From positions 1 to 64,000 of the IMG/VR virus record IMGVR_UViG_3300043429_000511: a stretch of DNA of 64,000 nucleotides; one strand, 5' to 3'. Origin of the DNA: a virus. Its lineage: Duplodnaviria > Heunggongvirae > Uroviricota > Caudoviricetes. The position numbers and the translations under genes are program-made. How positions within the stretch are numbered: the first letter of the stretch is position 1; each line of letters begins with the position of its first letter. Positions 37,175 to 46,551 of this stretch are shown one piece after another. Below the pieces are notes generated by a model, which was not told the DNA's origin, searched no databases, and worked only from the letters and a program-made list of their open reading frames with translations.

Positions 37175-37378
37175 TTAATACCCATAATGAGAATCCATAT
37201 TTCTCTTATGTTGGTGTTTGGGTTTTTCTGGTTTTTCGATATTCCAATCTAAGAAATCTTCTCCTTTATAATCAGGGTGATTTTTTTGCATATAATCAAT
37301 ACCCCTCACCCAAAAAAATGAGATGATTGCTGCCAATCCAAAACTGCAACCAATTCCAATTAGATAACTTTCCATCAT
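37175..37378 (-). CDS. small membrane protein (holin/spanin candidate)
   Basis: 67 aa, one TM, immediately downstream of lysin. Confidence 0.35.
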   Translation of the reverse strand: MMESYLIGIGCSFGLAAIISFFWVRGIDYMQKNHPDYKGEDFLDWNIEKPEKPKHQHKRNMDSHYGY

Positions 37379-37971
37379 TTGTTTTCTGTTAAGTAGTTTA
37401 AAATTTTCTCTTTAATACCTGATTGTTTTATCCCCTCAGTTCTTCTAGTTGTTAGGACAAAATTGGTTAATCCCCAATCCATTTCCATATCACCCCACGA
37501 TTCGTGAACTTGAGGGATTCCCATATTCAAATCATCGACAGCAACCCAATGAGTAATCTCAGGATGGTCGTGTAGATACTGAGTAATTTCAATTGAACGT
37601 TCCTGTTCTAACATCCATCTTGGTGACCAAGCAAATGTGTGTTCATTATAACAAGTACAATCGGACACACTTTTAGTAAATCCTATCGGTTTCTTTATAA
37701 TTCCTTGAGATTCATAATACTCACCCATCTCCTCAACATTCGCCCACTTTTTCCAATCAGACGAAACAACAATCTCAGCATCTGTCTCTTCAAGTATTTC
37801 ATTTAATACCTCAATAGCTTTTTTATTAAAATTATCGAATCTTACATCAACAGGTAAAGATGAAACTGATTGACTCAACTTGCGTTTTGCTTTTTGTTGT
37901 TTTTTAACTCTACCACCCCACTCGGTTGCTAAACATATCACACCATCGTGGTCAAGAAATATTACCTTCAT
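37375..37971 (-). CDS. HAD-superfamily phosphatase-like protein
   Basis: N-terminal FLDHDGVI (DxDGV motif I); C-terminal VAVDD. Confidence 0.5.
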   Translation of the reverse strand: MKVIFLDHDGVICLATEWGGRVKKQQKAKRKLSQSVSSLPVDVRFDNFNKKAIEVLNEILEETDAEIVVSSDWKKWANVEEMGEYYESQGIIKKPIGFTKSVSDCTCYNEHTFAWSPRWMLEQERSIEITQYLHDHPEITHWVAVDDLNMGIPQVHESWGDMEMDWGLTNFVLTTRRTEGIKQSGIKEKILNYLTENK

Positions 37972-38350
37972 TTTTTCTTCCTTTAATTATTATTCTAAAT
38001 GTACTAAAAATTCCTAACAACATAAAAATTTGTACGGGCCAAAATGGTAAATTGTGTAACTCGTGTAACATCCAAAAGATGTTCATAAAAACCCAAGACA
38101 ACAATGTTAGGTTACTTTCCCTACCATTTTTTTCCTTTATAAAAATATAAATTGTAATGATTGACGTTGGGATGACCATAAATGTTGCCATCCACGTAAA
38201 TTTTAAGCACCAAAATATATCTTTAAACAACCACGAAATTACGTGAATTTCTTGTATATTCCAATTTATTTTAGGATATCTAGTCAATATGTTCCGGTTG
38301 AGGTGTCCATTTACCTTCAGACGTAATGGCTGGGGTACTATTTCTATCAA
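37952..38350 (-). CDS. polytopic membrane protein
   Basis: several hydrophobic helices. Confidence 0.4.
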   Translation of the reverse strand: MIEIVPQPLRLKVNGHLNRNILTRYPKINWNIQEIHVISWLFKDIFWCLKFTWMATFMVIPTSIITIYIFIKEKNGRESNLTLLSWVFMNIFWMLHELHNLPFWPVQIFMLLGIFSTFRIIIKGRKNEGNIS

Positions 38351-38696
38351 TCATAACCCACTCCGCTTCAACGATTCCCCAAGGCTCAAATTGTTCTATA
38401 ACGTCTTGTAATGTGAAACATTTACAACTGTAAATGTCAAATTGAACCATTGCGGGTTGATGGTGGTCCCAAATGTGTATTGATGAGTGTGATGTTGCTA
38501 ATGTTACTGTACCCGTTAAACCTTCATTACCAGGATAATCTACGTAAACACTTGTTGGTCCCCCAACAACCTCCATCTTAACTTTGTGAACTAAGTCAAC
38601 AAACCATTTATTTAAAACTTCTACCTCTTTAGGGGGATTCTTAACCCAAATCTTCATTAAAAGATGTTGGTGGTAGGGTTCAAACTTTTCAATCAT
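38280..38696 (-). CDS. S-adenosylmethionine decarboxylase-like (SpeH/SpeD pyruvoyl type)
   Basis: LTGTVTLATSHSSIHIWDHHQPAMVQFDIYSCKCF aligns with Bacillus SpeH [32 protein letters not shown]. Confidence 0.55.
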   Translation of the reverse strand: MIEKFEPYHQHLLMKIWVKNPPKEVEVLNKWFVDLVHKVKMEVVGGPTSVYVDYPGNEGLTGTVTLATSHSSIHIWDHHQPAMVQFDIYSCKCFTLQDVIEQFEPWGIVEAEWVMIDRNSTPAITSEGKWTPQPEHID

Positions 38697-38748
38697 ATAT
38701 GTCTTTTTACATTACATATATATCATAAAAATTGTATTTTTTATAGAA

Positions 38749-39096
38749 TTACCTAAAATAAATTCTATCGGGAAAATCACCGAAAACAAACTTCGTAACG
38801 TCACATAACCACATACTTAAATCATAACTTAATCCCTTATATGACATCAATCTGTACCAACCCCCCTCACCTAATTCCCAAGCCTCAAGTCTTCCATAAT
38901 ATTCAAATTCCAATACTTCACAATTTTCAAATGGTTTATCCGATAAAATCACGTAAACTTCATTTTCACCTTGTGATAAAAGCTCCAAAAAAGTGTCAGC
39001 CCCTGAAACCATTTGAAGGTCCCAACGTTCCCCTTCCCATTCAGGTATATCTATAAACCATCCGTAGTTGTCTTTATAGAATCTGTAATGTTTCAT
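38749..39096 (-). CDS. hypothetical protein
   Basis: 115 aa; N-terminus MKHYRFYKDN weakly FKFF-like. Confidence 0.4.
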   Translation of the reverse strand: MKHYRFYKDNYGWFIDIPEWEGERWDLQMVSGADTFLELLSQGENEVYVILSDKPFENCEVLEFEYYGRLEAWELGEGGWYRLMSYKGLSYDLSMWLCDVTKFVFGDFPDRIYFR

Positions 39097-39773
39097 TTTG
39101 TAAATTTTTTGAAGTTACTAATGAATCCTTTTTCATATTTTTTAAGTTCTTTAGTGTCCAATCCGTTGTATAAACCGGTTGACATAAAGGCATTAATTTC
39201 ATCATCAATAATTTTTTTATCATCCACATATCCCATCTTTATTAATTTCTTTTTTAACTTTTCGTAATGTGATGGTTTTATTTTACTGACAAGTTTTTCA
39301 ACTTCCTTCTTATATTCTTTATTGGTGTAGTATAGTCCGTGAGCAATTTCGTGGTCTAAAGTTTTTAGGTCTTTACTACTAGCACCGATTAAATACCAAG
39401 GTGTACTTGTACCATTATTTTTATGTTGAGAGTCAAGAGCACAATAGAAGTAAATGTTATTCATTACTTCGTCATATTCTGTTTCCTTATAAAAAGTGTC
39501 GTTAGCTTTCTCCAACACATTAGATGGGATATTATAACCTGACCAATCTTCTGGATATGTGAACACCCTTTTCTTCCAAGCACTTTTATAGAATCTCATA
39601 TACTCCATCCAACTAAATTTTTTACCTCTAAACTCTTTGTATGGAGATTCATAAAATTCTTGATAACGACAAAACAACATTGCCCTGTCATAGTCGTCAT
39701 CAACTAATACACAATAAATTTTTGGTTTGATTTCTTTAACTTTCCCTTTAACTAAAGGATGTTTAATTTTCAT
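39093..39773 (-). CDS. hypothetical protein with HExxH motif (possible zinc metallopeptidase)
   Basis: LDHEIAHGLY. Confidence 0.4.
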   Translation of the reverse strand: MKIKHPLVKGKVKEIKPKIYCVLVDDDYDRAMLFCRYQEFYESPYKEFRGKKFSWMEYMRFYKSAWKKRVFTYPEDWSGYNIPSNVLEKANDTFYKETEYDEVMNNIYFYCALDSQHKNNGTSTPWYLIGASSKDLKTLDHEIAHGLYYTNKEYKKEVEKLVSKIKPSHYEKLKKKLIKMGYVDDKKIIDDEINAFMSTGLYNGLDTKELKKYEKGFISNFKKFTK

Positions 39774-40192
39774 TATATAAGTAAATTTGTAATGTCGTTA
39801 CCATCCTTATATATGTCAAGATACCCCACGACTTTGGGTATCTTATTAGTATTCTCAAACTCAGTTGTTTTCGGCATCATACCAACAACCCATTTAGGTT
39901 CTTCAATCTTTTTTAGATTGAATGAAAAAATACCTCGAGGTGTTGAGTTGATATAATAAACGGACCCTTTTTGAATTAGAGAATCCCATTTTATTTTTTC
40001 TATCAATAAATCAGAATAATCCGCTCGTCTACATTTTAACTCATAGATTTTTTTTCTTTGAATACTAAATGCATCCGTCGGATTATACTGGTCAGTCTTT
40101 TCCAAATCAGGAATCAACTTAGTTTTAAGAAGATTAAAAAGTTTTTCTTCGTTTAAATTGATAAGAAGTCTTTTCTTTTCAATTGACAACAT
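39773..40192 (-). CDS. hypothetical protein
   Basis: 139-aa ORF. Confidence 0.4.
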   Translation of the reverse strand: MLSIEKKRLLINLNEEKLFNLLKTKLIPDLEKTDQYNPTDAFSIQRKKIYELKCRRADYSDLLIEKIKWDSLIQKGSVYYINSTPRGIFSFNLKKIEEPKWVVGMMPKTTEFENTNKIPKVVGYLDIYKDGNDITNLLI

Positions 40193-40473
40193 TAACGCAA
40201 ATGTTTGAATTTATCTCCCAAGTTATTGATGAAGTTTTCTTCCTCAATTGAAAGTAAATCTCTACACTTAGCTAACTTATTAAGACTATCCCAAAATCTT
40301 TGGTCATTGATGTTTGGTCTGCGAACACCATTGTTCTTACCAGTAGTTTCTGTAGAGGATTGGATATATCCATCTTCTTCTAATATCTCAATCAATCTAT
40401 CTCTTTCTCTTTTACTACAAGCATCAATAAATTCACTTGGGTCGATGTCAATTTCGGACGTAAATTCTGGCAT
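40192..40473 (-). CDS. hypothetical protein
   Basis: 93-aa ORF. Confidence 0.4.
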   Translation of the reverse strand: MPEFTSEIDIDPSEFIDACSKRERDRLIEILEEDGYIQSSTETTGKNNGVRRPNINDQRFWDSLNKLAKCRDLLSIEEENFINNLGDKFKHLR

Positions 40474-40477
40474 ACTA

Positions 40478-40696
40478 TTATTTTTTAGTTTCTATCAAAA
40501 TGGATTTTAATGAATCCGCTTTCTTTAAATCCACTTCTTTAACAATGTTAACATTTTTCTCAGCTCTTAATTTAGCTAATTCTTTTTGTTGGAAGAAACA
40601 GATAATCAACAAAGCAATTGCACCACCCATTGTGATATTCTTTTGATTATTTTTAATAAATTCTATCATACTATTTGTTTTATAACTCTTCAACAA
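40478..40696 (-). CDS. small membrane protein
   Basis: 72 aa, one TM. Confidence 0.35.
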   Translation of the reverse strand: MLKSYKTNSMIEFIKNNQKNITMGGAIALLIICFFQQKELAKLRAEKNVNIVKEVDLKKADSLKSILIETKK

Positions 40697-40815
40697 TTCC
40701 TAATAACTCCGCTAATCCTAATAATATTGCAGTGTTACCAAATTGCTCGTTAAATAAAAACCAACAAGCGGTTAATCTTAACACACTCTTGAATAAACTT
40801 ATCCAAAAATGTGAA

Positions 40816-41082
40816 TTACTTTTTGATTCTTTTGGTTGCATTTGTTTTCTTTTTAAAACTTTTCTTCAATGTGTAAATTATCTCATCAACCTCATTGACT
40901 GCCATCCCAAGACCAAGTGAAACTTCACTTGATAGTTGGAAATTTTCGCTATCTCCAAGTTTAAGATATCTTAAAGATTCTTTGCGAAAACCTAAAGCTT
41001 GTCTTTTGAGGTCTTCCTTTTTGTTTCTTAACTCCGCATATACTTTGTTAAGGGTTCTTTGGTCGTAAGTAAGTGCTTTCAT
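40816..41082 (-). CDS. hypothetical coiled-coil protein
   Basis: 88-aa ORF. Confidence 0.4.
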   Translation of the reverse strand: MKALTYDQRTLNKVYAELRNKKEDLKRQALGFRKESLRYLKLGDSENFQLSSEVSLGLGMAVNEVDEIIYTLKKSFKKKTNATKRIKK

Positions 41083-41099
41083 AATAAAAATATATTAAA

Positions 41100-42053
41100 T
41101 TATTTTGAAGATTCCAAATAATTGTGAATAAAATTTATTCTTTGACCAATCCAATACATAACATTAACTGTCATTGAATTACCCACAGCACCTTTCACGT
41201 TTGAATATGAAGGTTTTTTTCCGTTGATTTCAAAATCTAAATAACCATCGGGAAACCCTTGTAATCTTTCTAGTTCTCTTTCAGTAAATGTTCTGATACC
41301 ATTATCATCTACCCAATAGTTTGAGGTAGATACTTTACCAAACCCATCAACCAATGTTCTTGCGTAGGATTTGGTTACCGTACCAGCGAGTTTAATTTGT
41401 CCGAGAATATTTTTGGTGTACTCATCCCTCTTGAGTTTATTCTTTTCTTCAACGCTTTCAAAACATCCTTCTTCAAATAATACTGAGAATGGGACTCTCC
41501 AGTCTTTTCCACGATATCCGACAATATAGATTCTTTTGCGTCGTTGGGGAACTCCGAAGTATTGCGAGTCGAAAACCCTATAAGCGATTGAGTAATTTTC
41601 CCCTTGGACAACCCCTTGTTTTTCGATGTGTTCAGGTCTGAAGTCAACTCCTGTGAAAGAGGTGATGATTTGACATAAGGCTTTTTTGTGTTGACTTTTA
41701 AAAACGCCTTCGACATTTTCCCAAATGAACCACTTAGGTCGTTTTTCTTTAAGAATTTGTCCATAGCTAAGGGCGATTTGACCACGGATATCATCCATTC
41801 CTTTGTTGAGTCCTGCATCGGAAAAAGATTGACAAGGCGTTCCTCCGACCAATAAGTCGAATTTTGTTTTTTTGTACGTTTCATTTGTGTTGAGTTTAGT
41901 AATGTCAGTAAATAAAGGTGTGTTTGGGTAGTGATGTGATAGAACTTGTTGTGGGAACTTTGCAAAGTCACATACACCTTTACATTCCCAACCAAGTGGT
42001 GACCAAGCTACGGTAGCCGCTTCGATTCCACTGCAAACAGATAGGTATTTCAT
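41100..42053 (-). CDS. DNA (cytosine-5)-methyltransferase
   Basis: motif I LSVCSGIEA, motif IV GGTPCQSFS, motif VI WENVEGV. Confidence 0.85.
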   Translation of the reverse strand: MKYLSVCSGIEAATVAWSPLGWECKGVCDFAKFPQQVLSHHYPNTPLFTDITKLNTNETYKKTKFDLLVGGTPCQSFSDAGLNKGMDDIRGQIALSYGQILKEKRPKWFIWENVEGVFKSQHKKALCQIITSFTGVDFRPEHIEKQGVVQGENYSIAYRVFDSQYFGVPQRRKRIYIVGYRGKDWRVPFSVLFEEGCFESVEEKNKLKRDEYTKNILGQIKLAGTVTKSYARTLVDGFGKVSTSNYWVDDNGIRTFTERELERLQGFPDGYLDFEINGKKPSYSNVKGAVGNSMTVNVMYWIGQRINFIHNYLESSK

Positions 42054-42149
42054 TGTGTTATAGTTTAGTTAAACAAATCTAACAATAAAAAAATAAAATT
42101 GAAAATTTTTTTGAAATCTTTTTAAAAATATAATATAACTAACTATAAA

Positions 42150-43547
42150 TCAATTAGTTATGATTTCGTATTTCTCTTTTTTCCACACCAAATATGGATA
42201 TTCTTTCAAACGTTCACATAAAATTGCCATAGCATTTTCGAATATTTCTTTATTTACCGGTGTATTTGCCTTTCCATACGCTTGAACAAATGAACCTCTT
42301 CGATATTGTAAATTAATTCTTTTTCTACCATACGATAACGCAACATAAATGTATAATGCTCCGTGAAAAAATTGTTTGGACATACAGTTCTTCATCAATG
42401 TTCCCTCAAGAATAAAATCATCTTCAGATAAAATTACTTTTGGTATGTAAACATTATCACCAAGAACAATTGGTTCTTCAATTGCATTAACAATATCATC
42501 AGGAATGTTATATTTTAATTTGTATCCAAGAGACAAATGTTTTTTAAGTAAGGACCATTCACTTATTAAGTAATCAATATCATCGGGTTTCCTCAACTTG
42601 ATTTTTAAATCATATCCTCTTTCTTCTAAGTAATGTCTAAGTGTAAACAAATCTTGGATGACACTAAACGGGCTCTCTAATCTATCATCGTCCGCCATCC
42701 ACTTCTCGAGTACTTTTGTTAATGCCTCTTTCTCTGCATCATTCTTACATACAAATGTTTTCTTAGGTGTATTTTGAACACTACACACTGACCACCAATC
42801 AAATCGTTTGATGTATTCAATATAGTTGTCACCAAACAATTTACAAAGAAAACTTAAACATTTGATATTAACTTTACCATATTTGTTTGAGGATAATGCG
42901 CCTACCAAATACTTTGATTTGATTCCGTAAGAATCTAATACTGCAGGTAAAAACTTGTTGTCGTTTAATTTAAGATATTTCTTTTTTGGGTACTCGTCCA
43001 TAATGTTTAGATAAACATTATCGTGGAATTTAATTCCTTTTTTGTGTAAGTGAAAATCAACAATCAAATCAAATAAAGGATTGATTTTGGTTTTCTCATC
43101 GTAAGTTTTGTTCTTGATGAATTCATCATCTACATTTGATAGTAATTCATTTTTGATATGGGTAAAGATGGTCTCAGTAATTCTTTTATACTTGACCCCC
43201 CAATAGTTTAATCTTTTCTCACCGTAGTAAAATCCCCTATCAACTAAATCACACAACTTATCGAAGTTGTTCTTTTTTACTGTTAAAACTGATTTAACAG
43301 ATTCACCATTCTTTATGCGGTCGTTTTGTAATCTATAAGTTACCTGTATATCACCTGTTACCTTATTGATTATTAATTCGTGACAAAACCTTAATTTATT
43401 GCCATCACCGAGTCTGGTGTAGTTAATGTAGAAGTCCGCGTAGTAAATTAATGTGGTATCATCAGAACCGAGTCTTAATTCACAAGTTGAACTTGACTGT
43501 TTATTTCTCTCTACCTTTTCTTGAAAATAATGTTCGTGCGTTATCAT
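42150..43547 (-). CDS. large hypothetical protein (paralog of 43586..45472)
   Basis: shared blocks LKLNDNKFLPAVLDSYGIKSK / LKKNDNKLVAAILDRLGIKSK and C-terminal EGTLMKNCMSK / EGSHMHHCVASY. Confidence 0.55.
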   Translation of the reverse strand: MITHEHYFQEKVERNKQSSSTCELRLGSDDTTLIYYADFYINYTRLGDGNKLRFCHELIINKVTGDIQVTYRLQNDRIKNGESVKSVLTVKKNNFDKLCDLVDRGFYYGEKRLNYWGVKYKRITETIFTHIKNELLSNVDDEFIKNKTYDEKTKINPLFDLIVDFHLHKKGIKFHDNVYLNIMDEYPKKKYLKLNDNKFLPAVLDSYGIKSKYLVGALSSNKYGKVNIKCLSFLCKLFGDNYIEYIKRFDWWSVCSVQNTPKKTFVCKNDAEKEALTKVLEKWMADDDRLESPFSVIQDLFTLRHYLEERGYDLKIKLRKPDDIDYLISEWSLLKKHLSLGYKLKYNIPDDIVNAIEEPIVLGDNVYIPKVILSEDDFILEGTLMKNCMSKQFFHGALYIYVALSYGRKRINLQYRRGSFVQAYGKANTPVNKEIFENAMAILCERLKEYPYLVWKKEKYEIITN

Positions 43548-43585
43548 CTACATAAAATGTAGACAATAACATTTACATTGTGTAG

Positions 43586-45472
43586 TTAAAATAATCCTAA
43601 CACATCATCGGTAGGAATTTTTGTCTTTGTAACATCTATACCATTGATAGTTAATGGGATAACTCTTTTTTCTATTGACTTAATTGAATACTTATATTTT
43701 GAAATTCTTCTTTTTAGTGCATCCAAAGCATCCTCAAAGTGTTCTGGCGGTGCTTGATTACAGAAATATCTTGATTGTGTACAGGTCTTATCTCTAACAT
43801 CGAACTCATTAGTAACTCTTTCACTACCAAAAACACTGTCGGCTCTTAATGATACAATTATAGATAATTCTTTATTGGAGTATGATGCAACACAATGATG
43901 CATATGTGAACCTTCCTCAGAATATTCCATTTCCTGTTTCAATAGTACAGGATAGTACATTCTATATTTTTCCATACTTGGATAGATACCATCTAATTCC
44001 CAAACTTTAATTGGTTCTTCTATCATTGAAATTAGTTTCTCATCAAAGACATATTCAATTACACTACCCTTTTTTATCAATCTGTCAAGACGTGATAATT
44101 CTAAGTGTTCATTATGAAACTCTTTCCAATTCTTAGCTCTCAACATCATATCAGGATAATAATCCCTCAACTTTTTAATCATTAAAAAATGGTCATCAAT
44201 TTGATTTAACTGACTGTTTAAAACGGTATCCATTCTATGATTGTTTTCATTTACCGTTGCGTACTCATTAAACAATTTAATTAGATTATATTTCTCAGTA
44301 TCGTTTAAATAGAACGTGTTATCGTATGTGACCTTTTCTTTGTAGAAATTGTTAGTGTAAGGTGAAATAGTCTTATCTGACATATTTTTACAAAAAATAT
44401 CAATATTAATATTTGATAGGTACTTGAACATCTCCTCACCAAAATATCTTTTCAATCTGAATAGACTTGTAATATCAATATCAGGATTTTTATGTAGAAG
44501 TTTAATTGTTTGTTTAGATTTAATTCCTAATCTATCTAATATTGCTGCAACTAATTTATTATCGTTCTTTTTAAGAAAGGGTTTTGTTGGGTAACAAAAC
44601 GTAATTAAATTTCTGTAATTATCAGGTGTTTTAATACCTTTAATCATCACGAACAAGTCGATTAAATTGTTATATATCCATTGGTTAGAATCCCTTTTCA
44701 CACCATAATTTGGTTCTGTTGTTTTATGGTTTTGAAAGGTATTGAAGAAATGATATAACGTCTCAAAGAAGACCTTATCACTAAATTCTTCAGATAGTTC
44801 TTTTTGTATCTTTATTGAGCTTTTAAAATCGTTATTAGTGATAAACTTGTCCACCCTACCACCAAAATGAGTTAATAAAGAATCTAATGACATCCATAGA
44901 TTGGCAAAAGTATTCTTTCTGGCTTTCATTATGTTTGAATTGTACGCCTTCTCAAATGTTGTGATGTCACCTGTCTTTAAGTTTAAACAAATTCCGTTGA
45001 TGGTTGCAGCTTTTTTAAAATACTTACAATTTACAAATCGTTTCTTTGTTTGAGAATATAATTTGATTGTTAATTTATCTCCGTTCTGTACTATTGACCT
45101 TTCGTAATAATATGTTTCAATAGAACTGAACGCCCTACCAAAGTGTTGTTTTATTTGTCTATCATTTTTTGTGTAATATGCACCATTTTTTTTGAAGTAT
45201 CCGTTTAATTGTACGTTGACACCGGTAGATTCGGGAGAATAAAAAAACTTAGTGTTCTTTTTTCTCATTTCCGACTTATTCTCAAGTTCAAGTGTATGAG
45301 TACTATATGAACGTACGAATATATTATTCATAGATTCACTGTCAAAATCCCAATTATCAACTTTGAAGGTATTAAATGCGTTGTTTTTAGGTTTTTCGGA
45401 TAATTTACAATAATCCCTGTATGGATGAATTTCGGAGAAGGAGTACCTCTGAACAAGAATTTCTTTTCTCAT
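43586..45472 (-). CDS. large hypothetical protein (paralog of 42150..43547)
   Basis: see above; 628 aa. Confidence 0.55.
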   Translation of the reverse strand: MRKEILVQRYSFSEIHPYRDYCKLSEKPKNNAFNTFKVDNWDFDSESMNNIFVRSYSTHTLELENKSEMRKKNTKFFYSPESTGVNVQLNGYFKKNGAYYTKNDRQIKQHFGRAFSSIETYYYERSIVQNGDKLTIKLYSQTKKRFVNCKYFKKAATINGICLNLKTGDITTFEKAYNSNIMKARKNTFANLWMSLDSLLTHFGGRVDKFITNNDFKSSIKIQKELSEEFSDKVFFETLYHFFNTFQNHKTTEPNYGVKRDSNQWIYNNLIDLFVMIKGIKTPDNYRNLITFCYPTKPFLKKNDNKLVAAILDRLGIKSKQTIKLLHKNPDIDITSLFRLKRYFGEEMFKYLSNINIDIFCKNMSDKTISPYTNNFYKEKVTYDNTFYLNDTEKYNLIKLFNEYATVNENNHRMDTVLNSQLNQIDDHFLMIKKLRDYYPDMMLRAKNWKEFHNEHLELSRLDRLIKKGSVIEYVFDEKLISMIEEPIKVWELDGIYPSMEKYRMYYPVLLKQEMEYSEEGSHMHHCVASYSNKELSIIVSLRADSVFGSERVTNEFDVRDKTCTQSRYFCNQAPPEHFEDALDALKRRISKYKYSIKSIEKRVIPLTINGIDVTKTKIPTDDVLGLF

Positions 45473-45540
45473 ATGAATGTTTTATTAGTAGAATTCAAAT
45501 ATAGGAAAAAAACTGGAATATCACTATTTATTTAAAAAGT

Positions 45541-45678
45541 TTTATATATATGGCAAAGTCTAAGGGAAGTTCTACATCAATGAAGGTATCATTTGGTAAG
45601 AAAAGTACGGGTAAAGCACGTAAATCTTATGGTCCAAAAGACCAAAAACCAAAGAGATACAGAGGTCAAGGACGTTAA
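45541..45678 (+). CDS. small highly basic protein (45 aa)
   Basis: MAKSKGSSTSMKVSFGKKSTGKARKSYGPKDQKPKRYRGQGR translated directly; lone plus-strand ORF in minus block. Confidence 0.25.
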   Translation, partial: FIYMAKSKGSSTSMKVSFGKKSTGKARKSYGPKDQKPKRYRGQGR

Positions 45679-45926
45679 TCTTCTTCGTATATTGGATATA
45701 TGTGAATCGGTGTGTACTCTCCAACATACGCATTTAGTATGTTGAATTCAACCCATTCGTAAGCATCTTCGTAGGTAAACTCATTTATCCTTTGAGTTTC
45801 GGATATCAGTTTATTAATATCATAGACTGCCTTACCTTCCTGTGTAAAACCAATAATGGCTAAGTCTAACTCGTCCCATAGAATTGCGTCAGGGTTAATT
45901 TCCGATATTTTTTCTCTTGTTATCAT
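45675..45926 (-). CDS. hypothetical protein
   Basis: 83-aa ORF. Confidence 0.4.
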   Translation of the reverse strand: MITREKISEINPDAILWDELDLAIIGFTQEGKAVYDINKLISETQRINEFTYEDAYEWVEFNILNAYVGEYTPIHIYPIYEED

Positions 45927-46423
45927 AGTCTACCTCCTCCTTTATATGATTTTTTATATTTTGGTTCACTTAAACTACTAATTTTAACCCCCTCAGATTT
46001 ATTTGCCGCGTGGACAAATTTATCATTACCAATGTAAATTCCACAATGCCAACCACTTGGACTGATTCGACTATTGAAGAATACTATATCACCAATGATT
46101 AGATTAGTCTTAGATATTCTTTTAGTTTGTGACCATTGTTTATATGCAACATCTTTCAGTTCTAAACCATAGACATCACGATATAATCTTTTGGTGAACT
46201 GAGAGCAGTCAATACCCTTCTTGGTTTTACCGCCTAATTTGTACGGAATACCAATCCACTCGGTAATGAATTTATCTAACTTAGGTGCTTCTTGTGTTTC
46301 AATATGTTTAACATAATCAGAAAATTGATTCTGACTAAATGATGGTATTGTTGATACGGTTAAAAGAATTATTAACCATATCAACTCTTTATAAATTTTT
46401 TTTACTCTTTTCATTATATTCAA
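45923..46423 (-). CDS. NlpC/P60 family peptidase with signal/TM anchor
   Basis: GIDCSQF (Cys), GWHCGIYIG (His). Confidence 0.75.
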   Translation of the reverse strand: MNIMKRVKKIYKELIWLIILLTVSTIPSFSQNQFSDYVKHIETQEAPKLDKFITEWIGIPYKLGGKTKKGIDCSQFTKRLYRDVYGLELKDVAYKQWSQTKRISKTNLIIGDIVFFNSRISPSGWHCGIYIGNDKFVHAANKSEGVKISSLSEPKYKKSYKGGGRL

Positions 46424-46551
46424 TATTATCTAATTCTTGTTGCAACTGTTGTATTTTAAGTTTATCATCAGTTGAGTGTGTTTTTTGAAGCTTTAGTCTT
46501 AGTATTTCAAGCCTCATTGAATCCGTTTTTTTATTTAGTTGGTTCATAATT

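Noticed and set aside
41375-41995. Alternative-frame 206-aa ORF
   Set aside because: It lies inside the C5-methyltransferase gene in a different frame. The methyltransferase frame carries all catalytic motifs.
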